DNA of 64,000 nt from Verrucomicrobiia bacterium. Lineage in GTDB: Bacteria; Verrucomicrobiota; Verrucomicrobiia; Chthoniobacterales; UBA6821. Where the stretch lies: positions 1,995-65,994 of the forward strand of contig JBEIJN010000014.1 in assembly GCA_040380225.1 (NCBI GenBank), read 5' to 3'. Numbering within the stretch: position 1 is the first letter of the stretch; each line of letters begins with the position of its first letter. The translations under genes and the position numbers were made by a program. Positions 17,476 through 27,684 of this stretch are shown here, one piece after another. The notes under the pieces are model-generated. The model made no database searches. It was given only the letters and a program-made list of their open reading frames with translations, and was not told the origin of the DNA.

Positions 17476-17835
17476 TTAATCCGCTTGTCGTCGAATGGTG
17501 ACCGACACCCACTCCGCGTTGGGGAGGATGAATTTGCGGACGGTGATCTCGATCCAACGGAGGTCGAACTCACCAAGAAGAAGCGAAGCAAGGTCGTCGG
17601 CCAGAGTCTCGATCAGTTTGCGCGGACGCTCCTCCACGATCGCCGTAACCCGCAGGGCAACCGCATGGTAGTCGACGGTGCGGCTGATCTCATCGCCGAG
17701 ATCAGGAGGCTGATCGGTGGTGGCGAAGCGAAGGTCGAACAGGAGGCGCTGTGGATGGGCACGTTCCCCGTCAGGCACCCCGACCTGGGCATTTAGCTCC
17801 AGTCCCCGTATCTCGATGATGCGTTCGGTTCCCAT
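17476..17835 (-). CDS. folB: Dihydroneopterin aldolase
   Basis: 119 aa. IEIRGLELNAQVGVPDGERAHPQRLLFDL...DYHAV matches the FolB pattern. Confidence 0.8.
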   Translation of the reverse strand: MGTERIIEIRGLELNAQVGVPDGERAHPQRLLFDLRFATTDQPPDLGDEISRTVDYHAVALRVTAIVEERPRKLIETLADDLASLLLGEFDLRWIEITVRKFILPNAEWVSVTIRRQAD

Positions 17836-17837
17836 GA

Positions 17838-18218
17838 TCAGAGGACGAACTTGATGTCACGGATCACCTTCTCCCCGAACTGCTCCCGGAGCTTGCGGAT
17901 GATCTCGGGCTTCCAAGTCCGGTCGAGCTCGTAGCGGACGCTGGGTTGGATGACGCGGATGTGGAGAGTGCCTGCCACGAGTCGCTCGGGCTGGGAATGC
18001 TGGGCGATGAATTCCCCAACGATCCCCTTCCATGCGGCCGTGATGTCGGCCTCCTTGATCCGGGTGTCGAGCCCCAACTGGGGTAGAAGCTTACCTAGGA
18101 TATCTCCGACCGGCGAGGCGCGGTCGGGACGGGCGCTCTCATCAAAACCGCGCCACTCCTGCAGGAGACGCCTGGCGGCGGTCCATTTCGCGGGGAAACG
18201 GCCGCCTGCCGGTGTCAT
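17838..18218 (-). CDS. DUF721 (DciA-like) protein
   Basis: Start trimmed to ATG 18218, because the longer ORF overlaps the ferredoxin gene. DUF721 core: ITAAWKGIVGEFIAQHSQPERLVAGTLHIRVIQPSVRYEL. Confidence 0.6.
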   Translation of the reverse strand: MTPAGGRFPAKWTAARRLLQEWRGFDESARPDRASPVGDILGKLLPQLGLDTRIKEADITAAWKGIVGEFIAQHSQPERLVAGTLHIRVIQPSVRYELDRTWKPEIIRKLREQFGEKVIRDIKFVL

Positions 18219-18238
18219 GCCCTGGGCAGGGAAAGGGA

Positions 18239-18472
18239 CTAGGCCGCGTCGTTGCCGATGGCCTCGACGGGGCAGCCCTCCATGGCCTCCTTGCAGAGAG
18301 CCTCCTCCTCGGGAGTCTCGGGCTGCTTGAAGACATACGAGTGACCACCATCCTCGTTGCGCTTGAAGTTGGCGGGTGCGGTTTCGCGGCAAAGATCGCA
18401 ATCGATGCACTGGTCGTCGCAGTAGTAGGCTCCTGCGACATTCTCGGGATACTTGTTGGATACGTCGGCCAT
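18239..18472 (-). CDS. Small ferredoxin (single Fe-S cluster type)
   Basis: MADVSNKYPENVAGAYYCDDQCIDCDLCRETAP...CPVEAI has the CxxCxxC...CP cluster motif. Confidence 0.7.
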   Translation of the reverse strand: MADVSNKYPENVAGAYYCDDQCIDCDLCRETAPANFKRNEDGGHSYVFKQPETPEEEALCKEAMEGCPVEAIGNDAA

Positions 18473-18564
18473 AGTGACGGAAAGGTTAAAAGCCCCCACC
18501 CTGATTGCAACGGTTTTTTTGGCCGCGCGTTGCCAAAATCGGGCTTTTGGTCAAAATCCCCTCC

Positions 18565-19401
18565 ATGACCGATACCACGACTTCCTTGCCACCGATCCTC
18601 CCCACCGAGGGACGCCATGTCCTTCATCTCTACTACCGGGTCGAGCGGAGGGCATGGCGGTGGCTGTTTGCCGGGGAGAAGAGGAAGCGTCGCGACGGCT
18701 TGGCACGGCTGGTCCGTGAGATCCAGGGGATGCCCGACACCCAACTCCTCCCCTTCAGCGCGGTGAGCCCCAAGGCCGACCTGGGCTTCATGCTCGTGAC
18801 GCCCGACCTGCAGGTGGCCGACCGCTGTGCCAAGCTCCTCGGCGAGGGACTCGGCGCCGGGATGCTCACCCCGACCTTCTCCTGGCTCTCGATGACGGAG
18901 CGCAGCGAATACACCATGACGGAATCCGAATACACCGACACCCTGAGGGAGGAGGGTATCGGACCTGCGCATCCGGAATTCGCCGGGAAGATGGCTGAGT
19001 TCCACGCCCGGATGGAGAAGTACATGCGCTATCGGATCGAGCCGGAACTTCCCTCGGCCGCCGAGTGGCCGGTTCTCTGCTTCTACCCGATGTCGAAGCG
19101 CCGCAATCCCGGGCAGAACTGGTATGCCCTCTCCTTCGAGGATCGCAAGCGCCTGATGGCGGGACATGCAAGGATCGGGCGCACCTACTCGGGTCGCGTC
19201 CTCCAGCTCATCACCGGATCCACGGGTCTCGATGACATGGAGTGGGGGGTGAGCCTCTTTGCCAAGACCACCAGCGAGATCAAGGCGATCGTCTATGAGA
19301 TGCGCTTCGACGAGGTGAGCTCGCAGTATGCGGAGTTCGGCGAGTTCTTCATCGGCATCAGGATGGACATCCCCGATCTCTGCAACCGACTTAATCTGTG
19401 A
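18565..19401 (+). CDS. Chlorite dismutase family protein (HemQ/ChdC-like)
   Basis: VLCFYPMSKRR, NWYALSFEDRKRLMAGHARIGRTYSGRVLQLITGSTGLDDMEWGVSLF, IVYEMRFDEVS. Start trimmed to ATG 18565. Confidence 0.7.
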   Translation: MTDTTTSLPPILPTEGRHVLHLYYRVERRAWRWLFAGEKRKRRDGLARLVREIQGMPDTQLLPFSAVSPKADLGFMLVTPDLQVADRCAKLLGEGLGAGMLTPTFSWLSMTERSEYTMTESEYTDTLREEGIGPAHPEFAGKMAEFHARMEKYMRYRIEPELPSAAEWPVLCFYPMSKRRNPGQNWYALSFEDRKRLMAGHARIGRTYSGRVLQLITGSTGLDDMEWGVSLFAKTTSEIKAIVYEMRFDEVSSQYAEFGEFFIGIRMDIPDLCNRLNL

Positions 19402-20237
19402 GCGGGCTTGGGTCAGGCCTGGCGCCGGCGGACAAGGAGGTGCTCCACAAGGAGACACTCCTTGAGGAGATCTTGCGTCGCCATACCCCGCTCCTGATCG
19501 CCTATTCGGGCGGCGTCGACAGCACCCTCCTGCTGGCGGTGGCCCACCGCACGCTGGGCAGGAACGCGACCGGCATCATCGCCGACTCCCCCAGCCTCCC
19601 CCGCGCTTCCCTGGCGGAAGCTCTTCGCGTCGCGGAGGGGATCGGAGCCTCCGTGGAAGTCGTCCCCACCGCGGAACTGGAGGATCCGCGCTACGCGGAG
19701 AATCCGATGAACCGTTGCTACTTCTGCAAGGCGGAGCTCTTCACCCGGATGGATCAGGTGGCCAAGGAACGGAAATTCGCGGCGATCGCCTACGGGGAGA
19801 ATGCCGATGACCCCGCCCATCTGCGCCCCGGATCAGTGGCTGCGGCCGAGTTCTCCGTCATCGCCCCGCTCAAGGAGGCAGGGCTCACCAAGGCCGATGT
19901 CCGCGCTCTCTCCCGCAAACTCGGCCTCCCCACGGCAGATGCCCCGGCCCAGCCATGCCTCAGCTCCCGTATTCCGCACGGCACACCCGTGACCCGGGAG
20001 GCTCTGGACTTCGTGGAGAGGGGCGAGGCGATCGTGAGGCAGTTCGGATTCAAGGTCTTCCGCGTTCGTTACAGGGCACCGGAAGCTGAGGGAGGATCAG
20101 GTCGCCCGGGAGCCAGAATTCAGGTTGCCTCCGGGGAAACGACACGGCTCGAAGCGACCAGGCACACCGTCATCGCCGCACTCTCTGCGAGCGGGTTCGG
20201 AAGGGTCGAGATCGATCCAGAGCCCCTGAAAAGATAA
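19398..20237 (+). CDS. LarE-like PP-loop ATP pyrophosphatase (TIGR00268-type), three-cysteine variant
   Basis: PP-loop AYSGGVDS. CYFC (CxxC) plus PCLSSRIPHG cysteine. The GTG start overlaps the preceding stop (GTGA). Confidence 0.65.
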   Translation: MSGLGSGLAPADKEVLHKETLLEEILRRHTPLLIAYSGGVDSTLLLAVAHRTLGRNATGIIADSPSLPRASLAEALRVAEGIGASVEVVPTAELEDPRYAENPMNRCYFCKAELFTRMDQVAKERKFAAIAYGENADDPAHLRPGSVAAAEFSVIAPLKEAGLTKADVRALSRKLGLPTADAPAQPCLSSRIPHGTPVTREALDFVERGEAIVRQFGFKVFRVRYRAPEAEGGSGRPGARIQVASGETTRLEATRHTVIAALSASGFGRVEIDPEPLKR

Positions 20238-20261
20238 GACTAAGGGCGACACTCCAGACAG

Positions 20262-20873
20262 TCATTCATCGATTACTGAGGCGAGGCATCCGGCCAACCG
20301 TGATAGAGCATTTTGAATAATCGGGTTGCCGTGGGCAAAAAGGAGGATCTGAGGTTTTAACCCCTTGAGAGCGGCCAGTGATCGAAGCGACTGCTTTTTA
20401 TCCTCCCGGTATTTCTCGGGAAGCAGGCGTAATCCCTCCGGCTCCAGATTGATCAGGGCGTCCCCGAAGATCAGTGCCCCTTCGTGAAAGAAAACCGTCT
20501 CTCCTGGACCGAATCCCTGCAGGGAGATCGACTCCATCCCGGCCACAGGATCGCCTGATCGGAACCGCTGATCGGCGATGATGTCGTCGCCTGAATCCGC
20601 GGGGGCGAAGACCGGAATCCCAAAGCGCTTGGCGAGCGACAGGCTCTCGCGTTGGTGATTTCCACTGGTCAGTACCACGGCCGCTGGAGCGGAGAACGAC
20701 TCCGCCACCAACTCCTTCAGCGCCTCATCGGCGAGAGGGATCGGATCGATGAAGATCAATCCCGCAGGGGTCACAATCGCCGTCGAGGAGCAGTCACACT
20801 TCACCGCAGGTTCATACCCCTGCCAATGGAACAGGCCGGATCGAACCGTGGAGTATTCGGGAACAGCTTTCAT
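20262..20873 (-). CDS. Metallo-beta-lactamase-fold-like protein (degenerate metal motif)
   Basis: 203 aa. The topology-like stretch IFIDPIPL...VVLTSGNHQRES...LLFAHGNP resembles the MBL fold, but the HxHxDH motif is not intact. Confidence 0.4.
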   Translation of the reverse strand: MKAVPEYSTVRSGLFHWQGYEPAVKCDCSSTAIVTPAGLIFIDPIPLADEALKELVAESFSAPAAVVLTSGNHQRESLSLAKRFGIPVFAPADSGDDIIADQRFRSGDPVAGMESISLQGFGPGETVFFHEGALIFGDALINLEPEGLRLLPEKYREDKKQSLRSLAALKGLKPQILLFAHGNPIIQNALSRLAGCLASVIDE

Positions 20874-20895
20874 AGGATACTACTAGGATTCATAT

Positions 20896-20984
20896 CCCGC
20901 AGAGGCGCTGAGAACGCAGAGAAAATAAAAGCCAATTTTTCCTTCTCCGATCACTTCATCTCCGCGCCTCTGCGACTCTGCGGG
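20896..20984. repeat. GCGCAGAG-family inverted repeat pair
   Basis: CCCGCAGAGGCGCTGAGAACGCAGAG (20896-20921) and CTCCGCGCCTCTGCGACTCTGCGGG (20960-20984). The ends CCCGCAGAG / CTCTGCGGG are perfectly complementary. Confidence 0.55.
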
Positions 20985-20992
20985 AAAACTCA

Positions 20993-22738
20993 TCAGACTT
21001 TCTTCGCCGCGAGCACCTTCTCGATCTTTCCGAGCGGCAGACAGTTGACCACGTCGCCCTTGGTCAGCCATCCCTTCCGGGCGATGCCGACTCCGTAGAT
21101 CAGATCCTGCAGGCCGAAGGTTGTGTGGGCGTCGGGGTTGATCGCGCACTTCACTCCCTTCTCTTTCGCAAGCGGCCACCAGCGCCAGTCCATGTCGAGA
21201 CGCCAGGGGCTGGCATTGATCTCAATGATCGTCCCGGTCTCGGCGGCCGCCTCGATGACGGCGGGGATATTCACTGGATAGGCCTCGCGGGAGAGCAGAA
21301 GTCGGCCCGTCAGATGCCCCATCATCGTGACATGGGGGTTTCGGATCGCGCGGATAATCCGCTCGGTCATCGTCTTCTCATCGGCCGTGAAGCCCGAGTG
21401 AACCGAGGCAACGACATAGTCGAGTGTCGAGAGCACCTCGTCGGGAAAATCAAGGTCTCCCTCTTTCAGGATATCGCATTCGGTACCGGCAAAGAGCCGG
21501 AAGCCAGCCTCCTGGAACTCCTTCGATGCGTTGAGTTCGCGGATCTCAGCCACCTGCTCGGAGAGGCGGGCGGCATCGAGCCCCCTCGCCTGGAAGGAGC
21601 TTTTGCTGTGGTCGGCGATACCGAGGTACTCGAGGCCGAGGTCGATGGCGGCGCGGGCCATCTCAAGCAGCGAGCTCTTCCCGTCGCTCGCCGTGGTGTG
21701 GCAGTGGAAGGTGCCCCGGAGATTGCTCCACTCGATGAGGTCAGGGAGTTCTCCCGCTTCGGCGGCGGCAATCTCCCCCTTATCCTCACGTAGTTCGGGC
21801 GGAATGAAATCGAGATCGAGCGCCTTGTAGAGCCCCTTCTCATCCAGGATCTCGGGGGGCTGTTCGGCTCCCTCGGCCACGCTGAAACGGTATTCGTTAA
21901 GGGACCAACCCCGGTCCAGCGCCCTGCTGCGAAGGCGGATATTGTGCTCCTTGCTCCCGGTAAAATAGACGAGTGCGAAAGGGAACTCCTCCGGCTTTAC
22001 CACACGCAGATCACACTGCACTCCGCCCTGGAGGCGGACACTTGATTTCGTCGGGCCATGGACGATCACCTCCTCCACAAGGGGATGATGGATGAAGAAA
22101 TCAGAGACCTCCTCGGGGTGCTTCGATGAAACCAAGATATCGAGATCACCGATCGTCTCCTTGCGTCGGCGGAAGCTTCCTCCCTCGCTGATCTGACCGA
22201 CCGCCTCCAGCGCGCGCAGATCGGAGAGGAGTTGCTCTGCCAGCACGGCCACCACGTTGATCCGGAAGCGCCCGGCATGCTTGCGGTGATCCTCGATCGC
22301 TTTCAGCAACTTCGTCTGGGTCTTTTCGCCAAAACCGGCCAACTCAGCCGCCTTCCCCTCCTTGCAGACACGCTCGAGATCCTCCACGGATGAGACCCCG
22401 AGTTGGTCATGGAGCGCCTTGATCTTCTTGGCTCCCAATCCCTGAAGCTCGAAGAGTTCGAAGATCCCCTCGGGGAAGGAGCCCTTCAGCTCCTCGTAGT
22501 ATGCGAGGCGGCCCGTGGTCACGAGCTCCGTGACCTTCTCGGTGATCGCCTTCCCGATCCCCTCGATCTCACCGAGGCGCCCCTCCTTGACCAGCGTCTC
22601 GATCGGCTCACTCAGTGACTCCAGAGCCCGGGCTGCATTGGTGTAGGCACGGATCTTGAAAGGGTTCTCACCCTTCAGTTCGAGCAACTGGGCGATGTGC
22701 TCTAGGATTTCTCCAATATGGGCGGGTGTCTCTGACAT
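20993..22738 (-). CDS. polX: Family X DNA polymerase with C-terminal PHP domain (PolX)
   Basis: 581 aa. HhH N-terminus LELKGENPFKIRAYTNAARAL, GIGKAITEKV, GDLDILV catalytic aspartates, PHP motifs FHCHTTASDG and GIADHS. Confidence 0.85.
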   Translation of the reverse strand: MSETPAHIGEILEHIAQLLELKGENPFKIRAYTNAARALESLSEPIETLVKEGRLGEIEGIGKAITEKVTELVTTGRLAYYEELKGSFPEGIFELFELQGLGAKKIKALHDQLGVSSVEDLERVCKEGKAAELAGFGEKTQTKLLKAIEDHRKHAGRFRINVVAVLAEQLLSDLRALEAVGQISEGGSFRRRKETIGDLDILVSSKHPEEVSDFFIHHPLVEEVIVHGPTKSSVRLQGGVQCDLRVVKPEEFPFALVYFTGSKEHNIRLRSRALDRGWSLNEYRFSVAEGAEQPPEILDEKGLYKALDLDFIPPELREDKGEIAAAEAGELPDLIEWSNLRGTFHCHTTASDGKSSLLEMARAAIDLGLEYLGIADHSKSSFQARGLDAARLSEQVAEIRELNASKEFQEAGFRLFAGTECDILKEGDLDFPDEVLSTLDYVVASVHSGFTADEKTMTERIIRAIRNPHVTMMGHLTGRLLLSREAYPVNIPAVIEAAAETGTIIEINASPWRLDMDWRWWPLAKEKGVKCAINPDAHTTFGLQDLIYGVGIARKGWLTKGDVVNCLPLGKIEKVLAAKKV

Positions 22739-22799
22739 TGGCTGGCTGTTTTTGCGCGGGGCGGTGTTGCCACTCGCTTGCAGTATAGTTCATTCAACT

Positions 22800-23717
22800 T
22801 CACTTGGAAGCCTGAGCGCGACATGCGGACCGGAAGCGTAGCTTCTGCAACGTCATCACAACTCCCAGCACAATCACCCCCACCAGCACGCCGATGAGGG
22901 CATCCCACACAAAGGGCATCGGAAGACTGTTCGTCAGGTGGTGAAGGAAAGGCACGCCGTGCACCAGAATGCCGCCACCCACTAAGAACATCGCCGCCGT
23001 ACCGACAACCGACAACGTTTTCATCATCCAAGGCGTGACCCGCAGCAAGCCGCGACCCAAGGCATGCAACACGCCACCTTGCGGCACTGCCGACGGACGA
23101 CGGATGAGGTAGAGCCCCATATCGTCAATCTTGACGATGCCGGCCACCAATCCATAGACCCCGAAGGTCATCAGCAGCGCGATGCCGGCCAGCACCAGAA
23201 ACTGGGTGAGTAACGGGCTGCTTTGCACCGTCCCAAGCGTGATGGCGATGATTTCGGCGGAAAGAATGAAATCGGTGCGGATTGCGCCCTTGATCTTACC
23301 CTTCTCCAGCGCCAACAGGTCGGTCTCGGGATCCTTCAATGCGTGCAAAAGTTCCGCTTCATGGGCATGCCCCTCATCACCGTGCGGCAGAAACTTATGG
23401 GCCAGTTTTTCAACACCCTCGAAGCAGAGGTAAGCACCCCCCACCATCAGTAACGGGGTGACCAACGAGGGAGCCACCCCGCTGATGGCCAGCGCAGCCG
23501 GCACCAGGATCACCTTATTGACCAGCGACCCCTTGAAGACGGCCCATACCACGGGCAACTCCCGTTCAGCCGACAATCCGGTTACCTGCTGGGCGTTGAG
23601 CGCCAGATCGTCACCAAGCACGCCGGCGGTTTTTTGTGCGGCCACTTTGCTCAGGACCGACACATCATCCAATAGCGTGGCGATGTCATCAATCAGTGCA
23701 AGGAGGCTGCTGGACAT
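22800..23717 (-). CDS. DUF808 (YedI-like) inner-membrane protein
   Basis: [45 protein letters not shown] is the characteristic DUF808 N-terminus. Confidence 0.7.
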   Translation of the reverse strand: MSSSLLALIDDIATLLDDVSVLSKVAAQKTAGVLGDDLALNAQQVTGLSAERELPVVWAVFKGSLVNKVILVPAALAISGVAPSLVTPLLMVGGAYLCFEGVEKLAHKFLPHGDEGHAHEAELLHALKDPETDLLALEKGKIKGAIRTDFILSAEIIAITLGTVQSSPLLTQFLVLAGIALLMTFGVYGLVAGIVKIDDMGLYLIRRPSAVPQGGVLHALGRGLLRVTPWMMKTLSVVGTAAMFLVGGGILVHGVPFLHHLTNSLPMPFVWDALIGVLVGVIVLGVVMTLQKLRFRSACRAQASK

Positions 23718-23879
23718 GGATGGGTAATACCTTCCTCCCACAGGAAGGGAAAGCCGCGAGAAGGGCCCTTAACAAGCAACCCCGAAGTACCGTGACCCGG
23801 CCATGGAACGTGAAATCCCAAGCCCTTCCAAAAGCGTCTTTACCTAGGGGCGATCTAAAGAGAAGATCACGGGCTCTTT

Positions 23880-25172
23880 ATGCGAAGCATCGGCATCGGA
23901 TTAGCCGGCTTCGGCACTGTCGGTGCCGGAGTCTATGAAAATCTGGAGCGCCACCGCGATCTGATCGCGGAGCGTTCCGGGTATACCTTTGCCGTGCGCC
24001 GGATCGTCGTGCGCGATCAGAAGAAGCAGCGCGATGTCGCGGCACCGGCCGAACTCTTTTCCAACCGCTGGCAGGAGCTGCTCGAGGATCCCGAAATCAA
24101 GGTGATCGTCGAGTTGATCGGCGGCACAACGGAGGCCTTCGACCTGACGGTCGCCGCCATCAAGTCGGGTCGCATCGTCGTCACGGGCAACAAGGCCCTG
24201 CTCGCCGAGCGCGGCGCGGAGATCTTCGCCCTCGCCTGCGAGCACAAGGTTCCCGTTTTCTTCGAGGCGGCGGTGGCGGGAGGCATCCCGATCATCCAGT
24301 CGCTCCGCGACGCTTTCGTGGGCAACCGCATCGAGTCGGTTCACGGCATTCTCAACGGCACGAGCAACTACATCCTCACGCGCATGCAGGAGGCGGGACT
24401 CGACTACCCCGAGGCGCTCGCCGAGGCGGTGAAGCTCGGCTATGCCGAGGCCGACCCCTCCCTCGACATCAACGGCTGGGATGCCGGCCACAAGGCGATC
24501 ATCCTCGCCGCACTCGCCTACGGCTTCTGGGTCGATCCCTCCACGGTCCGCGTCGAGGGGATCGACCGCGTCAGCGCGGCCGACATCCATTTCGCCAGGA
24601 GCCTCGGCTACTGCATCAAGCTTCTCGGCTCGATCCGTGAGAAGGAGGGGAAGGTCGAGGTCGGCGTCGCCCCCACCCTCATCCCCCAAGGAAACGTCCT
24701 CGCCTCGGTGAACGGCGTCTTCAACGCCATCGCCGTCCGCGGCGATCTGGTCGGCGACAGTCTCTTCTACGGACGCGGAGCGGGACGCGGCCCCACGGCC
24801 AGCTCCGTGATCGGCGACCTCGTCGAGGCGGCCCATGTGCTCGACGCCCCTCGCAAGACCTACGGCTTCGCCTCCCACGCCCTCTACGGCAGCAGCCGCC
24901 CGGCCGACCAGATCGTCGGCTCCTACTACCTGCGCCTCTCCGTCGATGACAAACCGGGCGTCCTAGCCCGCATTGCCGGAGTGCTCGGCGAGGCCGGCAT
25001 CGGGATCTCCTCGGTCGTCCAACCGGAATCGATTGCCGGCGTCGAGACCCCTCTCGTCCTGATGATCCACGAGGCCCCCTACGGCGCCGTTCGTGCCGCA
25101 CTCGCGAAGATCACCTCCCTGGACTGCGTGAAGGGCGAGCCGATCCTCTTCAACGTGGAGACCCTTTCCTGA
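23880..25172 (+). CDS. hom: Homoserine dehydrogenase
   Basis: 430 aa. [46 protein letters not shown]-terminal ACT-like domain. Confidence 0.9.
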   Translation: MRSIGIGLAGFGTVGAGVYENLERHRDLIAERSGYTFAVRRIVVRDQKKQRDVAAPAELFSNRWQELLEDPEIKVIVELIGGTTEAFDLTVAAIKSGRIVVTGNKALLAERGAEIFALACEHKVPVFFEAAVAGGIPIIQSLRDAFVGNRIESVHGILNGTSNYILTRMQEAGLDYPEALAEAVKLGYAEADPSLDINGWDAGHKAIILAALAYGFWVDPSTVRVEGIDRVSAADIHFARSLGYCIKLLGSIREKEGKVEVGVAPTLIPQGNVLASVNGVFNAIAVRGDLVGDSLFYGRGAGRGPTASSVIGDLVEAAHVLDAPRKTYGFASHALYGSSRPADQIVGSYYLRLSVDDKPGVLARIAGVLGEAGIGISSVVQPESIAGVETPLVLMIHEAPYGAVRAALAKITSLDCVKGEPILFNVETLS

Positions 25173-25183
25173 TTTCCGACCCG

Positions 25184-26284
25184 ATGAAGAAAACGTTCAA
25201 TGACTGCGGCGTGATCGCGCGCTACCGGGAGTTCCTTCCCGTCACCGACGCCACCCCCGTCATCTCGCTGAGCGAGGGTTCCACTCCCCTGATTCATTCG
25301 CCCAAGCTGAGTGCGATCACCGGCGGCGAGGTCTACGTCAAGTACGAGGGGCTCAATCCGACCGGATCGTTCAAGGATCGCGGAATGACCATGGCCATCT
25401 CCAAGGCCGCCGAGGAGGGAGCCCACACCGTTCTCTGCGCCTCCACGGGGAATACCTCCGCGGCAGCGGCAGCCTACGCAGCGCGGGCCGGCATGAAGTG
25501 CGCCGTCCTCCTCCCCGCCGGACGCATCGCGGGGGGCAAGATGGTCCAGGCCTACATCTACGGTGCGACCGTCATCGCCATCCGGGGGAACTTCGACGAC
25601 GCCCTGCGCCTCGTGCGCGAACTGGGCGAGACCGGCGACTTCGCCATCGTCAATTCGATCAACCCCTACCGCATCGAGGGTCAGAAGACGGCGGCCTTCG
25701 AGATCATCGAGGAGCTTGGCAACGCGCCCGACATCCACATCCTCCCCGTCGGCAACGCCGGGAACATCACCGCCTACTGGAAGGGCTACAAGGAATTCAA
25801 GGAACTCGGCCGCAGCCACAAGCTGCCCCGGATGCTCGGCGTCCAGGCTGCGGGAGCCGCCCCCCTTTATCACGGAGCCCCGATGGACAATCCCGAGACC
25901 GTGGCCACCGCCATCCGGATTGGCCGCCCGGCCAGCTGGGACGGAGCCAAGGCCGCCGTCTCCGAATCGGGCGGATGCTTCGAGATCGTCGAGGACTCGG
26001 AGATCCTCGCGGCCCAGAAGTGGCTCGCCTCCAACGAGGGCATCTTTGCCGAACCGGCCAGCGCTGCTCCCGTGGCGGCCCTCTTCAAATGCTACAACCG
26101 CAGCGGAAAGACCACGCAATGCGACTGCTGCCCCTTCCGCCAGATCCAGCCCGGCGCCAAGGTCGTCCTCACCGTCACCGGCCACGGACTCAAGGATCCC
26201 GACACGGCCAAGCACGCCGTCACGGCCCCGATCGAGACCGACGCCACCGCATCGGCCGTCCGCGAAGCCCTTTCAATAGGCTGA
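25184..26284 (+). CDS. thrC: Threonine synthase
   Basis: 366 aa. [13 protein letters not shown] (PLP lysine), [30 protein letters not shown]. Confidence 0.9.
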   Translation: MKKTFNDCGVIARYREFLPVTDATPVISLSEGSTPLIHSPKLSAITGGEVYVKYEGLNPTGSFKDRGMTMAISKAAEEGAHTVLCASTGNTSAAAAAYAARAGMKCAVLLPAGRIAGGKMVQAYIYGATVIAIRGNFDDALRLVRELGETGDFAIVNSINPYRIEGQKTAAFEIIEELGNAPDIHILPVGNAGNITAYWKGYKEFKELGRSHKLPRMLGVQAAGAAPLYHGAPMDNPETVATAIRIGRPASWDGAKAAVSESGGCFEIVEDSEILAAQKWLASNEGIFAEPASAAPVAALFKCYNRSGKTTQCDCCPFRQIQPGAKVVLTVTGHGLKDPDTAKHAVTAPIETDATASAVREALSIG

Positions 26285-26290
26285 TTTCAA

Positions 26291-26325
26291 GCCCTCGACT
26301 CTCGTCCCTCGACACTCGACTCACC
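26291..26325 (+). repeat. C-rich CCCTCGAC-type short tandem array (thrC-lysC spacer)
   Basis: GCCCTCGACTCTCGTCCCTCGACACTCGACTCACC. Confidence 0.55.
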
Positions 26326-26327
26326 CC

Positions 26328-27545
26328 ATGTCCCTCATCGTCCAGAAATACGGCGGCACCTCGGTCGGCAACCCCGAGCGCATCACCAATGTTGCCAGAC
26401 GCCTTCTCGAGACCCAGCGCGCCGGTCATTCCGTCGTGGCCGTCGTCTCGGCGATGTCGGGAGTCACCGATTCCCTGATCAAGCTGGCACGCGAGGTCTC
26501 AGCAAAGCCGACCGAGCGCGAGATGGATGTCCTTCTTTCCACCGGCGAGCAGACCACGATGGCCCTCACCGCGATGGCTATCCAGAGCATGGGTGGCAAG
26601 GCCGTCTCCCTCACGGGAGCCCAGGCGGGAATCGTCACCAACGGCGTCCACACCAAGGCCAAGATCAGCAACATCACCCCGGACCAGATCCGCAAGCACC
26701 TCGATCAGGGTGAGATCGTGATCGTCGCGGGTTTTCAGGGGGAGACCAGCGAGGGGGACATCACCACCCTCGGACGGGGCGGCTCCGACCTCACCGCCAT
26801 CGCCTTGGCCTCCGCCGTCGAGGCTGATGCCTGCCAGATCTTCACCGACGTCGATGGCGTCTACACCTGCGACCCGCGCATTGTCCCAACTGCAAAGAAG
26901 ATCGCGGAGATCTCCTACGACGAGATGCTCGAGATGGCCTCGAGCGGCTCCAAGGTCATGCAGTCGCGATCCGTCGAGTTCGCCAAGAAATTCGGAGTGA
27001 CCTTCGAGGTCCGCAGCAGCTTCAACAACAACCCAGGAACCACCGTGAAAGAAGAATCCGCAGGAATGGAACAGGTCGTCGTGCGCGGCGTCAGCGTCGA
27101 GCGCAATCAGGCCAAGGTCACCGTCACCAACGTCCCCGACAAACCGGGATGCGCGGCCCGGCTCTTCACCGCACTCGCCGATGCGCACGTCATGGTCGAT
27201 GTCATCGTCCAGAATGTCTCGGCCAGCGGCTCCACCGACATCTCCTTCACGATGAACCGTGATGAACTCGAGAAGATCGGTGATCTCCTCGACCGCGTCG
27301 CCGCCGAGATCGGGGCCGGCAAGGTCAGCAAGCAGGATGGCATCGCCAAGCTCAGCGTGGTCGGCATCGGCATGCGCACCCACTCGGGTGTCGCCGCCAA
27401 GCTTTTCGACGCGCTCGCGAAGGGGGGGATCAACATCCAGATGATCTCCACCTCCGAGATCAAGATCGCGGTGATCATTGAGGAGACCAAGATCGCCGAG
27501 GCGGCAAAGTTGGCCCACACCGCCTTTGGGTTGGACGCGGCGTAG
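26328..27545 (+). CDS. lysC: Aspartate kinase
   Basis: 405 aa. [29 protein letters not shown], two C-terminal ACT domains. Confidence 0.9.
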   Translation: MSLIVQKYGGTSVGNPERITNVARRLLETQRAGHSVVAVVSAMSGVTDSLIKLAREVSAKPTEREMDVLLSTGEQTTMALTAMAIQSMGGKAVSLTGAQAGIVTNGVHTKAKISNITPDQIRKHLDQGEIVIVAGFQGETSEGDITTLGRGGSDLTAIALASAVEADACQIFTDVDGVYTCDPRIVPTAKKIAEISYDEMLEMASSGSKVMQSRSVEFAKKFGVTFEVRSSFNNNPGTTVKEESAGMEQVVVRGVSVERNQAKVTVTNVPDKPGCAARLFTALADAHVMVDVIVQNVSASGSTDISFTMNRDELEKIGDLLDRVAAEIGAGKVSKQDGIAKLSVVGIGMRTHSGVAAKLFDALAKGGINIQMISTSEIKIAVIIEETKIAEAAKLAHTAFGLDAA

Positions 27546-27563
27546 GCTGAAAGGCCAGCTGCC

Positions 27564-27656
27564 GAGTCGAGCGTCGATGGACGAGAGACGAGAGCCAGCG
27601 GCGGAAAGCCTCCTGTCTGTTTGAGCCCTCGACGTTCGACACTAGACCCTCGACAG
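27564..27656. repeat. Inverted pair of CCCTCGAC-type arrays downstream of lysC
   Basis: GAGTCGAGCGTCGATGGACGAGAGACGAGAG (27564-27594, reverse orientation) and GCCCTCGACGTTCGACACTAGACCCTCGACAG (27625-27656). They are partially complementary. Confidence 0.45.
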
Positions 27657-27684
27657 CCCACGCGGGTTAAATGACCCTTCGTCT

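Noticed and set aside
18142-19458. 438-aa minus-strand ORF, longer than the plus-strand genes it overlaps
   Set aside because: It is a GC-rich shadow frame. The translation is Gly/Arg/Pro/Glu-rich with no motifs, whereas the opposite strand encodes recognisable chlorite-dismutase-family and LarE-like proteins.
23742-23879. Possible amino-acid riboswitch or attenuator upstream of hom-thrC-lysC
   Set aside because: There is only a short CCTTCC-N7-GGAAGG hairpin. I could not recognise a lysine, SAM or T-box-like architecture or a leader peptide.
25079-27518. Long antisense ORFs 25079..26215 (378 aa) and 26499..27518 (339 aa) opposite thrC and lysC
   Set aside because: Their low-complexity G/D/R/L-rich translations are typical antisense frames of high-GC genes. 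thrC and lysC are unambiguous on the plus strand.
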